This document shows positions 53,363-62,543 of a stretch of 64,000 bases of DNA, piece after piece. Numbering within the stretch: the first letter of the stretch is position 1; every line of letters begins with the position of its first letter. The notes beneath the pieces were generated by a model. That model searched no databases. It was given only the letters and a program-made list of their open reading frames with translations, and had not been told where the DNA came from. The stretch is taken from assembly GCA_043803685.1 (NCBI GenBank), contig JAZDJU010000037.1:64001-128000 (forward strand). The letters are read 5' to 3'. The translations under genes were made by a program, and so were the position numbers. The stretch comes from Candidatus Omnitrophota bacterium (GTDB lineage: Bacteria; Omnitrophota; Omnitrophia; Omnitrophales; Aquincolibacteriaceae).

Positions 53363-54586
53363 TTATCCACCTGTCTCTTCCCGCCCTTCTTCAATAACGT
53401 CAGGGGCTTTTTCTCTCGCTCCTTCTTCCGCAGAAACTGATTTTTCGGTCGGGTGACTTGCGCTGCCTTTGGGAGCCATAGCTTCTTTGGCTGACGCGAG
53501 GATCTTTTCGGCCGTTTTAGGACCGATCCCCGGGATCTCGGAAAGCTCTTCCACCGTTTTTTTGAGAAGTTCCCGGAGCCCCTGGATCCCGGCTTCCTTA
53601 AGGATCTGCTCCGTCTTTTCTCCAATGCCTTCCAGCGAAGCGAGGGGGATCTTTTGCGCGGCACTGCGCACATCAAGCTCCCAACCGATCAACTTTGAAG
53701 CAAGGCGCACGTTCTGTCCCCTCTTTCCGATCGCAAGCGACAACTGGTCGTCCTCGACCAGAATCTCCGCGCTTTGCCGTTCGGGATTCAAGGTGATCTT
53801 CTTGAGTTCCGCAGGCGCCATGGCGTTCCTGATATAAGTTTCAATGTCATCGCTGTGGCGGATAATATCGATCTTCTCGCCCCCGAGTTCGCGAACGATG
53901 CTTTTAACGCGCTGCCCCCGAACCCCCACGCACGAACCCACACAATCGATTTTTTCGTCCATCGAAGTCACGGCGATCTTGGTGCGGGATCCGGCTTCGC
54001 GCGCCACACCCTTGACCTTCACGAGCCCATCGTGGATCTCCGGCACTTCCATTTCAAAGAATTGCGTCACAAGGTCCGGATGCGTCCTCGATAAAATGAC
54101 CTCCGGTCCCTTGGCTGTTTTCTTGACTTCCATCACGTACGCGCGCACCACATTCCCTTGGCGAAAACTGTCGAGGGGCGATTGCTCCCGCGCGGGCAAA
54201 ATTCCTTCTGTTTTTCCGAAATCCACGATGATCGCTTTGGACTCGATCCGGTGGACGCTTCCGGAAACGATGTCGCCCTGCTTGTGGCTGTATTCGTTAA
54301 AAATGGATTCCCGCTCCGCTTCGCGGATCTTTTGAATAATAACCTGTTTGGCGGTCTGCGCGGCAATGCGTCCAAAACGGGGATCGTTGATCTCTTTGCC
54401 GTCCAGGAACATGGTAATGCGAAAGGTCTTCGGATCGATCTGCACATCAAAGACGTCACCCTTTTCGGGTGAACCTTTGCGGCAGGCGGAAATGAGGGCA
54501 TGACGAAGGGCATCCAGGAGAACTTCCTTGGTGATCCCCTTTTCTTTTTCGATATATTCCAGCGAAGCTAGCAAATCCTGTGACAT
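53363..54586 (-). CDS. nusA: Transcription termination factor NusA
   Basis: FGRIAAQTAKQVI, FEMEVPEI, AREAGSRTKIAV and AIGKRGQNVRLA motifs; C-terminal HhH repeats. Confidence 0.97.
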   Translation of the reverse strand: MSQDLLASLEYIEKEKGITKEVLLDALRHALISACRKGSPEKGDVFDVQIDPKTFRITMFLDGKEINDPRFGRIAAQTAKQVIIQKIREAERESIFNEYSHKQGDIVSGSVHRIESKAIIVDFGKTEGILPAREQSPLDSFRQGNVVRAYVMEVKKTAKGPEVILSRTHPDLVTQFFEMEVPEIHDGLVKVKGVAREAGSRTKIAVTSMDEKIDCVGSCVGVRGQRVKSIVRELGGEKIDIIRHSDDIETYIRNAMAPAELKKITLNPERQSAEILVEDDQLSLAIGKRGQNVRLASKLIGWELDVRSAAQKIPLASLEGIGEKTEQILKEAGIQGLRELLKKTVEELSEIPGIGPKTAEKILASAKEAMAPKGSASHPTEKSVSAEEGAREKAPDVIEEGREETGG

Positions 54587-54615
54587 TTTGTCCCTGATCC
54601 CTTCCGTGTCCCGAG

Positions 54616-54649
54616 AAAAAAAAGAAGTGGGTTTGTGCGCCCACTTCTT
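54616..54649 (-). promoter_or_regulatory. Terminator/attenuator hairpin in the nusA leader
   Basis: aagaagtggg-cgcacaaa-cccacttctt followed by a T-run, between the promoter and nusA. Confidence 0.7.
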
Positions 54650-54673
54650 CGCATTCCTAAAATTGATGACCGT

Positions 54674-54701
54674 ATTATATGGAGAATCTCGTGGAAGTCA
54701 A
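54674..54701 (-). promoter_or_regulatory. Sigma70-type promoter of the nusA-infB operon
   Basis: TTGACT-16 nt-TATAAT on the minus strand. Confidence 0.7.
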
Positions 54702-54819
54702 CGAGAGTATCTTGAGCCCTCTTCGGCGGCACTCTAATGGAACGAGGTCTATTGAGGGTCTAACCTATTTCCAAAAAAAGAGTTACACGTGAGACGCTTC
54801 GTTGGGGCAGCTTCTCTAT

Positions 54820-55713
54820 TTACTCCGGACGGGTTCGCCAACGCCGATGGGCCCATAGCCAATCGCCGGGACGCTTGCGGATCTCTTCTTCGATCTTCGC
54901 AACGTATTGCTGGGTGTTGGCTAAAAGATCAGCCTGAAGGTCCCCGGTTTTGATCAGGGGGAACAAAGGGCCATACTGGATCTTCGAGCAACCGCTTTCG
55001 TCGCGATAAAAGAACGCTGGCAGTACCGGATAATCATACTTGAGAGCAAGCATCGCCGGCAACGTACTCGTCGCCGCCTTGCGCCCGAAAAAATCCACCC
55101 ACACGGACCCGCGGCTTTCATGCTGATCGATCAGGACCGCCAGGATCCCGCGTTTTTTGAGAACCTCGATGGAGGATCTCACGGCGCCTGATTTTTCGAT
55201 ATTGGTCAGATTCGCCGCCTCGCGCATTTTCCGGACATAGCGGTAAAGATAAGGATTCTTCAGGGGGCGCCCAACAGCATGGACATGGAGCCCGTATTTC
55301 TGGATGGGGATCGCGAGCCACTCCCAATTTCCGAAATGGGAGACGATCGCGATGAAACCGCCCTTTTTTTTCACCGCTTCCATGAGCGGCGCTACCTCAG
55401 GCGGCGTGATGTATCGCTCGGGAAACGCGGACGCTTCGGGCGTGCGCAGAAACTCGAAAGCGAGCTTGAAAATATTCCGGATCGATCGCTCCGCGATCCC
55501 GAGAAGTTCCGCCTCAGTCCTTTCGCCGCTAAAGGCTAGGCGAAGATTCTTGAGCATGGTCTCCCTCCGAACACCGAAAAAGCGGACCGCGCAGATCCCG
55601 AGAGCATCTGCGATCTTGTAGCTAATGCGAAGAGGAATGAGACGAAGCAGGAATGCCAGGAGTCTGAAGATGGCGTATTCGAGAAGAAAGCAGGCCTTTT
55701 TGAGAGGATTCAT
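54820..55713 (-). CDS. Lipid A acyltransferase (LpxL/HtrB) family lysophospholipid acyltransferase
   Basis: HFGNWE, LIDQ, FFG..A.T and PGDWLWAHRRWR motifs. Confidence 0.9.
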   Translation of the reverse strand: MNPLKKACFLLEYAIFRLLAFLLRLIPLRISYKIADALGICAVRFFGVRRETMLKNLRLAFSGERTEAELLGIAERSIRNIFKLAFEFLRTPEASAFPERYITPPEVAPLMEAVKKKGGFIAIVSHFGNWEWLAIPIQKYGLHVHAVGRPLKNPYLYRYVRKMREAANLTNIEKSGAVRSSIEVLKKRGILAVLIDQHESRGSVWVDFFGRKAATSTLPAMLALKYDYPVLPAFFYRDESGCSKIQYGPLFPLIKTGDLQADLLANTQQYVAKIEEEIRKRPGDWLWAHRRWRTRPE

Positions 55714-55893
55714 AAAAAGAATCTTATTGATTAAGAGTGGGAATGCCAAAGCCCACGCTTTGGCACTGCAAAAAAATCGAAACTTGTGGTTTCGATTTGC
55801 TGTCGCCGCCTTTTAAAAGAACCTTAAAAGAGCGCGGTCGCCGTACACGGCCTTCCTTAAAAGTGACGGCGCCGTGCTGATTCATTAGGAATC

Positions 55894-55964
55894 AGCGGGC
55901 AGCGGGAATCGAACCCGCATGACTAGCTTGGAAGGCTAGGACATTACCATTATGCTATGCCCGC
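55894..55964 (-). tRNA. tRNA-Gly (TCC)
   Basis: GCGGGCA acceptor stem, CTTCCAA anticodon loop, GGTTCGATTCC. Confidence 0.96.
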
Positions 55965-56040
55965 ATGGTCGGCCTTGAAAACGGGGGCCATTCTAACGGA
56001 GGAATAAAGGACGCGCTACTTTTTTTAGCTCCCCAAAAAG

Positions 56041-56106
56041 CACAACGATCAACGCGCGACGTTCGACGAAAAATCCTTCGCTGACCGTTATGCGTCGCGC
56101 GTTGCG
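56041..56106. repeat. Heptamer-array inverted repeat element overlapping the SDR stop codon
   Basis: cacaacg/atcaacg/cgcgacg/ttcgacg ... cgctgac/cgttatg/cgtcgcg/cgttgcg. Confidence 0.75.
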
Positions 56107-56891
56107 CCACTACGGTACATCAACCCTGTGAAGAACACGGTCAGGCGTCTTGGACTCAGCCTCTCCGCGTAGATCATGAGCTTGTTCCAGAATCCGTAGA
56201 TCGCTGAAGGCTGATTGGATCCCAAGAATTTTCTGAGCGCGAACCGCGCAACATCCGGCGCCGAAGCGCTGAAAAACATCCTCTGCCGGTCGATCCCGGC
56301 GCTCTGATGAAAACGGGTGATCGTGTTGCCTGGGCAAAGACAAAAAACGCGAACGCCGCTTCCTTTGCATTCCGCCCACAACGCTTCCGAAAAATTGAGC
56401 ACGAACGCCTTCGTCGCGGCATAAACAGAAAGACAAGGAAGAGGCTGAAATCCCGCGGTCGAGGCTACGTTCAGAACACCGCCCTTTTTCCTTTCAAGCA
56501 TTCCGGGAAGATAAAGCTTCGTCAGGTGCGTCAGCGCCTGGATATTAAGATCCAGCATCGCGCTCACGTCCTCAGCTTTCATCTCATGGAAGGTGCCGTA
56601 ATGGGCAAGGCCCGCGTTATTGATGAGAACGTCCACCGTGATGCCGCTCTTTTCCGTCCACGCGAAAAGTTCCAACCGTTCTTCCAGACGCGTCAGGTCC
56701 TCGGGAAAAACATAGACCGTCACACCGAAGCGAACCCTAAGATCTTCCGCTTCCTGTTCCAGCCGCTGGGCATTGCGCGAAACAAGGACGAGATCGGCGC
56801 CCTGCGCGGCCAACTCGCGCGCCAAGGCCTTGCCAATCCCAGAGGAAGCGCCGGTCACGAGCGCGGTGATGTTTTTGAAGGACTGTATCAT
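56088..56891 (-). CDS. Short-chain dehydrogenase/reductase (SDR)
   Basis: TGASSGIG, NNAG and YAATK catalytic motifs; start trimmed to ATG 56891 after recR. Confidence 0.94.
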   Translation of the reverse strand: MIQSFKNITALVTGASSGIGKALARELAAQGADLVLVSRNAQRLEQEAEDLRVRFGVTVYVFPEDLTRLEERLELFAWTEKSGITVDVLINNAGLAHYGTFHEMKAEDVSAMLDLNIQALTHLTKLYLPGMLERKKGGVLNVASTAGFQPLPCLSVYAATKAFVLNFSEALWAECKGSGVRVFCLCPGNTITRFHQSAGIDRQRMFFSASAPDVARFALRKFLGSNQPSAIYGFWNKLMIYAERLSPRRLTVFFTGLMYRSGATRDA

Positions 56892-56895
56892 GGGT

Positions 56896-57498
56896 TTAAT
56901 GAAAATCATGCCGACCGGCGAAGGCGCGGGAAAGAGTGGCCTGGTCCGTGTATTCGATATGACTGCCGACCGAAATGCCTCGGGCAAGACGCGTCACCTT
57001 CACTTTGGAAGGCGCCAGGACCTTCGCAAGATAGAGCGCGGTCGTATCGCCTTCGGTGTTGGGATTGGTCGCGAGAATGATCTCCCGGACCTTTTTTTGT
57101 TTCACACGTTCAAGCAGGTCCTGAATGCAGATCTGATCCGGACCGATCCCGTCGAGCGGCGACAGGGCGCCAAGGAGGACATGATAGACGCCGCGATGGC
57201 TCCCTGTTTTTTCGATCGCGACGACATCCTTGGGATCCTCGACCACGCAAATGAGCCCCTGCTCACGCCCCGGGTCCGAACAGATGTGGCAAAGTTTCTG
57301 GTCCGAAAAGTTATGGCAAACACTGCAGAAAACAACGCTTTCGCGAAGCTGGCGGATGAGCTCCCCGAGATTCAGGGCCTCTTCCTTCTTTGTTTTGAGG
57401 AGATAAAAAACCATGCGCTCGGCCGAGCGTTTCCCTATGCCGGGAAGTTTGGAAAGCGCCTCGACCAGCTTTGTCATTAATTCCGAGTAGGCTTTCAT
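56896..57498 (-). CDS. recR: Recombination mediator RecR
   Basis: LPGIGKRSAER, C4 Zn finger CSVC...CHIC, Toprim ATNPNTEGDTTA. Confidence 0.98.
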   Translation of the reverse strand: MKAYSELMTKLVEALSKLPGIGKRSAERMVFYLLKTKKEEALNLGELIRQLRESVVFCSVCHNFSDQKLCHICSDPGREQGLICVVEDPKDVVAIEKTGSHRGVYHVLLGALSPLDGIGPDQICIQDLLERVKQKKVREIILATNPNTEGDTTALYLAKVLAPSKVKVTRLARGISVGSHIEYTDQATLSRAFAGRHDFH

Positions 57499-57517
57499 GG
57501 CGGGGTCTCCGGACGCG

Positions 57518-59194
57518 TCAGTCCTTGCGGATCACTTTGGAGCCGTCAAAAATCTCCAGGGCTTTCGCGACGATGTCCGGGACACTCCCATCCTGGGCTG
57601 GCGCCACTTCGGCGTCAGCATCCTGGGTCGTTCCTTCACGTTCCGTCACGACACATTGGACCCGGACTTTTTTGCCAAGCGCCTGCGCGAACGCGTCCTC
57701 GATCACCTGCTTGTTCGATTCTTTCTCGAGCGTTTCTTTATGAAAGCGGAACTCCGAAGGAAGTCCAAGCACAATCACGGAACCCTCCACCTCCGCGGGC
57801 TCGGCTTCGGAAAGATAAAGGCTGAGGGACATGCGCTTGGCTTTCACAAACTCAATCACCTGGGGCCAAACTTTTTCTACGCTGTTGAGCGTGAGACCTT
57901 CTCCGGAAGGAGATGCGGCGCTTTCTTCGTGCGTATTCTGCTGCGGAACTTTCACGGAAAGGCTTGGAGAAGACGGGTTATCGGCCTTTTTAAAGTTCTC
58001 GACTGGTTTTACCGTTTTTTTTTCAACGACCGGAACTGGGGCTGCAGAACTTTCTTTTCTCACCGAAGACGCGCTCTGAATGAGACCTTCCACAGGTCTT
58101 AGTTCATCCACATAGACAAGCTTAAGAAGCGCCGCTTCCACAAGAAGTTTGGCCCGGGCCACGGGCCTGCGCAGCTGGACCTGCAGGTTCTGCAAGATCG
58201 AAAGAGCTAAAAGCAGTTCCCCTTGAGAAAAATCAGCTGAGAGTTTCCGCAACTTCGCGACCGTTTCAGAGCTCGCTTCAATAAGTGACTCAGCCTTCGG
58301 TGCGGTCTTGAGGACCAGAAGATGCCGGAAGGTCTCAAACAAACCCTTGGCGAATTGAGCAAGATCGGCGCCTTCCTCATAAAGTTTTTTTACCAACCCG
58401 AAGATCTCGTCCCCTTTTTTCCCGCGAATAGCAGCAAGCACCGAGACATACATCTCTTCCGGCGCAAGCCCGAGAAGCGTCAGGACGTCCTCCTCCTTGA
58501 TCTTTCCCTCGGAAAAACTGGCCAGCTGGTCCAAAAGACTTTCCGCGTCACGGAGCGCGCCTTCCGCCGCCTTCGCGATCATGAAAAGCGCGTTCTTCTC
58601 GCATTTCAATTTTTCTTTCTGCGCGATCGCATCAAGTTTTTCGACCGTTTCAGGGACCGAGATCCTTTTGAACTGAAGCCTTTGGCAACGCGAGAGGATC
58701 GTGAGCGGCACCTTGTGAGACTCGGTGGTGGCAAAAATGAATTTTACGTGAGACGGCGGTTCTTCGAGTGTTTTCAGGAGCGCGTTGAAAGCATCCCCGG
58801 TCAGAGAGTGGACTTCGTCGATAATGTAAACCTTGTAGCGGCCCGCCGACGGCTTGAACTTCACGTTCTCGCGAAGCGTCCGGATCTCCTCAATGCCACG
58901 ATTCGACGCCCCGTCGACCTCCAACACATCCATGGAATTCCCCTGCTCGATCTCTTTGCAGGAGATGCATTTGCCACAAGGTTTTTCCGTGGGGCCTTCC
59001 TTGCAGTTCAAGGCTTTGGCGAGAATACGCGCTGTCGAGGTCTTTCCAACGCCGCGGGGGCCCGAGAAAAGAAAGCTTTGTGGAACGCGTTCCTGACGGA
59101 TCGCGTTCTTGAGTGTCGTAGTGATCGTTTCCTGCCCCACGATCTCTTCGAACGTTTGCGGTCTGAATTTCCTTGCGAAGATCAGATATTCCAT
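57518..59194 (-). CDS. dnaX: DNA polymerase III subunit gamma/tau
   Basis: ARKFRPQTF, GPRGVGKT, IIDEVH, NALLKTLEEP and SRC motifs. Confidence 0.98.
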   Translation of the reverse strand: MEYLIFARKFRPQTFEEIVGQETITTTLKNAIRQERVPQSFLFSGPRGVGKTSTARILAKALNCKEGPTEKPCGKCISCKEIEQGNSMDVLEVDGASNRGIEEIRTLRENVKFKPSAGRYKVYIIDEVHSLTGDAFNALLKTLEEPPSHVKFIFATTESHKVPLTILSRCQRLQFKRISVPETVEKLDAIAQKEKLKCEKNALFMIAKAAEGALRDAESLLDQLASFSEGKIKEEDVLTLLGLAPEEMYVSVLAAIRGKKGDEIFGLVKKLYEEGADLAQFAKGLFETFRHLLVLKTAPKAESLIEASSETVAKLRKLSADFSQGELLLALSILQNLQVQLRRPVARAKLLVEAALLKLVYVDELRPVEGLIQSASSVRKESSAAPVPVVEKKTVKPVENFKKADNPSSPSLSVKVPQQNTHEESAASPSGEGLTLNSVEKVWPQVIEFVKAKRMSLSLYLSEAEPAEVEGSVIVLGLPSEFRFHKETLEKESNKQVIEDAFAQALGKKVRVQCVVTEREGTTQDADAEVAPAQDGSVPDIVAKALEIFDGSKVIRKD

Positions 59195-59316
59195 GATGGC
59201 TCTATAGGAGAAAAAAATCCGGTTTTTGGGGGTTGCGAGGCCCCATGATGGGGGAAAAGGGGCGGGATTTCAAGTAGTACTTACCCCGGCCCGGGATCGG
59301 AGATCTTCCAGAGGAT

Positions 59317-59946
59317 CTAATCCTTGAATTTGAACGTCCTAAGGACCATCTCGAAAGCGGCGGCATGGTCCTTCCATGGCTCAGCAAGCGAATGGAGGGA
59401 GAACCGGTAGAGCTTGTCTTTCCTTGCGAGGAAGAGCGTCTGCTGTTTGATCATGACCGGCTTTGCTTTCAGGTCTTCCATCGGAAGCCGCGCCTCAGAT
59501 TCATGGATCGCGGAAAAAGCCTTTTCTCCCCCAAGGTCGACTTCTCTTTGATTTAAAACCTTGAATTTAGGCCGATTGCCAGCTCTTTTCAAAAAAGCTC
59601 CGAGCAGCTCCGCAGGCCCTCCCGTGGCGGGGAGTGGCTTCACCACGATCTCGATCAGGGTTCTGAACCGTGTGGACTCATCCACGGATCCTCTCAAATA
59701 GAGAGCGTCATATTTTTCCGTCCTTCCCTGGGATTCGTCGAGAGACCAACCTGCAATGGGATATTCGAATGTAAAATTGAACGCTGGATTTCCACCGGAG
59801 AAAACCGTGCTTTTTCGCATATCCCCGCCTTCCGCTAAAGGATGGTTACAAAATAAATACCCGGCAACCCCTGCCATTATAAAAAGACTGACGACCCAAA
59901 AAATGCTTTTTTCTCTAGAGGCCATGATCTTTTTCCATTCCAGCAC
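59317..59946 (-). CDS. Membrane-anchored PsbP/Mog1/DcrB-like protein
   Basis: N-terminal TM, FTFEYPIAGW start and F..VLRTFKF end typical of the PsbP-like fold; family call is inference. Confidence 0.55.
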   Translation of the reverse strand: MLEWKKIMASREKSIFWVVSLFIMAGVAGYLFCNHPLAEGGDMRKSTVFSGGNPAFNFTFEYPIAGWSLDESQGRTEKYDALYLRGSVDESTRFRTLIEIVVKPLPATGGPAELLGAFLKRAGNRPKFKVLNQREVDLGGEKAFSAIHESEARLPMEDLKAKPVMIKQQTLFLARKDKLYRFSLHSLAEPWKDHAAAFEMVLRTFKFKD

Positions 59947-60016
59947 TGTTCTCCATTAAGTTTTAGGGGTTAACAGTACCGTACCGCATACCCCTAATTT
60001 CAAATTTCATGCGGTA

Positions 60017-61198
60017 CTAGTATTCGTTGTCGAAACTGTAACCATATTCAGAGGTAAGATACCCCTTCGCTTCATCTTCCGGAACCCCGACAAAATACTG
60101 CTCATCGGCCTCCAACTGCAGATAAAGGTCATCATCGTCCTGGACGAGATCCCCAAATTCCGCTTTCAGATCGACCCAGATCTCACCACCCGCCAGCTTG
60201 GTATTATACTCCTGGTCCTCGGAATAAGAGTTCCTTATCCCTCCTCCCGGGATCGGCATGCCAATGACCGGTTCATCTTGCGTGTGCAGATAGAAATAAT
60301 CCGCGTAATCCTTCCACCAAACCGCGTGCAGGGCCTCGTGACCCAGGATCGCCGCGGCCGCGTACTTGTTCCCTTTGTAAGTGTCCAGAAGATAGATCGC
60401 GCTGGTTCCATCGTCGTAAGACTCGTGACAACCAAGCGCCGTTTCGCATCCGACGGGCATGCCTCCCGCGGCAACGAAGGTGACCGGGATTTCATTGTCC
60501 TCAATAAACTGCGCCAGAGCTTTTCCAGTGGTCGCCCCGTCCGAAGTCAACGCCGCCTCTGATAATTGCAACATATCAATGACCGCTTGTTCATCCTCTG
60601 CATATCCCGTAAAGGCCGCTTTGCTGGCACTATCCTGAACGGCCGTAACGTCCGATGCCACCACCCTACCCCCGCCACCGCCACCGCTACTTCCGCTACT
60701 CCCCCCAGAACCACTGCCGGAGCCACCGCCAGAACCGCCGCCTCCCGAACCACCTCCTCCTCCGCCGCCACCACCGCCGGAACCACTGCCTCCTGAACCA
60801 TCACTATAACCGGATCCCACAAAACCGTCTTTATTGATCGCGAGATTCTCGAGCCAATTTTCCAGAAACCCAAGCGGGGTCGCGACCGCGAGAAAATTAT
60901 CCTCGCCCTCTTCAAGGATCTTGTAGCTATAAAATAATCCCTTGATCGAAAGACCGAGTACGGATTCGATCTCTGCCACATCTTCCGCCGCAACAAATTT
61001 TCCGGTCAAATTATGGCGAAGCACTTCGGCGGAACGAATGGCTCCGAGATTGGTGACCGCTTCAGCTTCTTTGGATTTTTCGAACTTTGTGAGAATGCGT
61101 GGAGTCACGATGGCGGCAAGCGACGCGATGATCGTGATCGCAATCAAGGCTTCAAGGAGCGTAAATCCTCGGGATTTATTGAGGGGCCGTTTTGTCAT
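60017..61198 (-). CDS. Type IV pilin-like protein fused via a Gly/Ser linker to an HExxH metallopeptidase-like domain
   Basis: Class III signal KSRG|FTLLEALIAITII; about 50-aa poly-Gly/Ser tract; GHEALH followed by EDQE; start trimmed to ATG 61198. Confidence 0.8.
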   Translation of the reverse strand: MTKRPLNKSRGFTLLEALIAITIIASLAAIVTPRILTKFEKSKEAEAVTNLGAIRSAEVLRHNLTGKFVAAEDVAEIESVLGLSIKGLFYSYKILEEGEDNFLAVATPLGFLENWLENLAINKDGFVGSGYSDGSGGSGSGGGGGGGGGGSGGGGSGGGSGSGSGGSSGSSGGGGGGRVVASDVTAVQDSASKAAFTGYAEDEQAVIDMLQLSEAALTSDGATTGKALAQFIEDNEIPVTFVAAGGMPVGCETALGCHESYDDGTSAIYLLDTYKGNKYAAAAILGHEALHAVWWKDYADYFYLHTQDEPVIGMPIPGGGIRNSYSEDQEYNTKLAGGEIWVDLKAEFGDLVQDDDDLYLQLEADEQYFVGVPEDEAKGYLTSEYGYSFDNEY

Positions 61199-62543
61199 TC
61201 TGGTTCCCTTGCATTTCATTCTCCAACAACTTTTTATTGCGGAGCGCCGGCTCAAGTTTGGGATCCAACTCAAGTGCGCGGTTCCATTCCATTAAGGCGT
61301 TATCGGCATCGTTCATCAAAGCATAAGCCAACCCGGCATTCGTGTGCGTTTTCGCGTCCAGGTCGTTGCGGGCAAGGATCTTCCGGAACACCTCCAGAGC
61401 GGTCTTCGGTTGGTCCATCTTCAGGTAAACCATTCCAAGACTGCTGAGAACAGCCGGATCGTCGGGTTTTTTTTCCGCCAATCGTCCGTACTGGGTGATC
61501 GCTTTCTGGAATTCCCCTCGCTCGGTAAAGACCTTTGCCAGGCCCTGCATCGCCCCTACAGACGCGGGATCCTTCGCTAGGGCTTCATTAAAAACCGCCT
61601 CGGCCTTGTCAAGCTCCTTCACATCAAGGTAGAGTCTCCCAAGACCGATCTTCACATTCGCAACATCAGGATCGCTCCTCAAAGCTTTCTCGTATAAATT
61701 TTCGGCACCGCTAAAGTCCTTTCTTAAGCGCGAGATCTCCGCCATGAGAAGATAGGCCCGCGGGACCGGGAAAGGCTTTTCGAGCAGGCCTGCGAGAAGC
61801 GCGGAAGCCCGATCGATCTCGCCGGCCTGGACATAAGCGGCAGCCGCATTGGAAACAGCGACGTCATCGTTCCTCTTGCCAAGCTCCTCAAAAATTTCCC
61901 CGGCACCGGAATAATCCCCTAGCATATAAAGACAATACGCCAAACTTCTTTTCGCTTTAAAATCATCCGGTTTCAGGGTCATTACTTTTTGATAATAGAC
62001 CGATGCTTCCCTGTAGTTCTTCAAACCCTCATAAAAATGCGCGAGATTCAAAAGAATATCGGGCTTGTTGGGATTTCCCTCGAGCGCTCTGAGAAAATTC
62101 TCCTCAGCCTTCTTGGCATCCCCCAGAGAAGCGTAAACACTCCCCAGATTGGCATAGATGATGGGATTGATGGCGCTAGGCCCCAGAGCGCTCTCAAAAG
62201 CACCCGCGGCGTCCTCGAACTGGCCGTTCCCGTAAAGCTTGACCCCCTTGGAAAAAGAGGCCTGCTTCCCCTGGGCTACAGCAAGCTCCTCGGGCGACCC
62301 GCGCCAGATCATCCGGATATCGCTCTTGGGGATCTTCACCTTGCCGCCCGGTGCCTGGACGGTTACGAACCGCTCATCTTCTTTAAGGATCGTCGTCTCA
62401 ATCGCGTTGCCATTCTTGAGCTGAATGATCTCGGCGCGCAGGAAAATCGGAAGAAAAAATAAAGCGGGGAAAAGAAATAAAACGAGGAGAAAAATCAACT
62501 TTGCCGTCTTCCGTTCCAAATTCAAAGCCTCCATCAGGGGCAT
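61176..62543 (-). CDS. Secreted or membrane-anchored tetratricopeptide-repeat protein
   Basis: Hydrophobic N-terminal segment, IQLKNG..I domain, then about 10 TPR motifs (NLGSVY...AL..NP). Confidence 0.88.
   Translation of the reverse strand: MPLMEALNLERKTAKLIFLLVLFLFPALFFLPIFLRAEIIQLKNGNAIETTILKEDERFVTVQAPGGKVKIPKSDIRMIWRGSPEELAVAQGKQASFSKGVKLYGNGQFEDAAGAFESALGPSAINPIIYANLGSVYASLGDAKKAEENFLRALEGNPNKPDILLNLAHFYEGLKNYREASVYYQKVMTLKPDDFKAKRSLAYCLYMLGDYSGAGEIFEELGKRNDDVAVSNAAAAYVQAGEIDRASALLAGLLEKPFPVPRAYLLMAEISRLRKDFSGAENLYEKALRSDPDVANVKIGLGRLYLDVKELDKAEAVFNEALAKDPASVGAMQGLAKVFTERGEFQKAITQYGRLAEKKPDDPAVLSSLGMVYLKMDQPKTALEVFRKILARNDLDAKTHTNAGLAYALMNDADNALMEWNRALELDPKLEPALRNKKLLENEMQGNQNDKTAPQ

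Noticed and set aside
53362..53676. 105-aa N-terminal extension of IF-2 in the ORF track
   Set aside because: It overlaps the nusA 3' end; ATG 53361, right after the nusA stop, is the plausible start.
57499..57517. Missing ybaB/ebfC between dnaX and recR
   Set aside because: A real absence here, but a common gene-order variant and uninformative without the rest of the genome.
60670..60820. ccgccacc-type low-complexity tract as a mobile or regulatory repeat
   Set aside because: Fully explained as the Gly/Ser linker codons of the pilin fusion.
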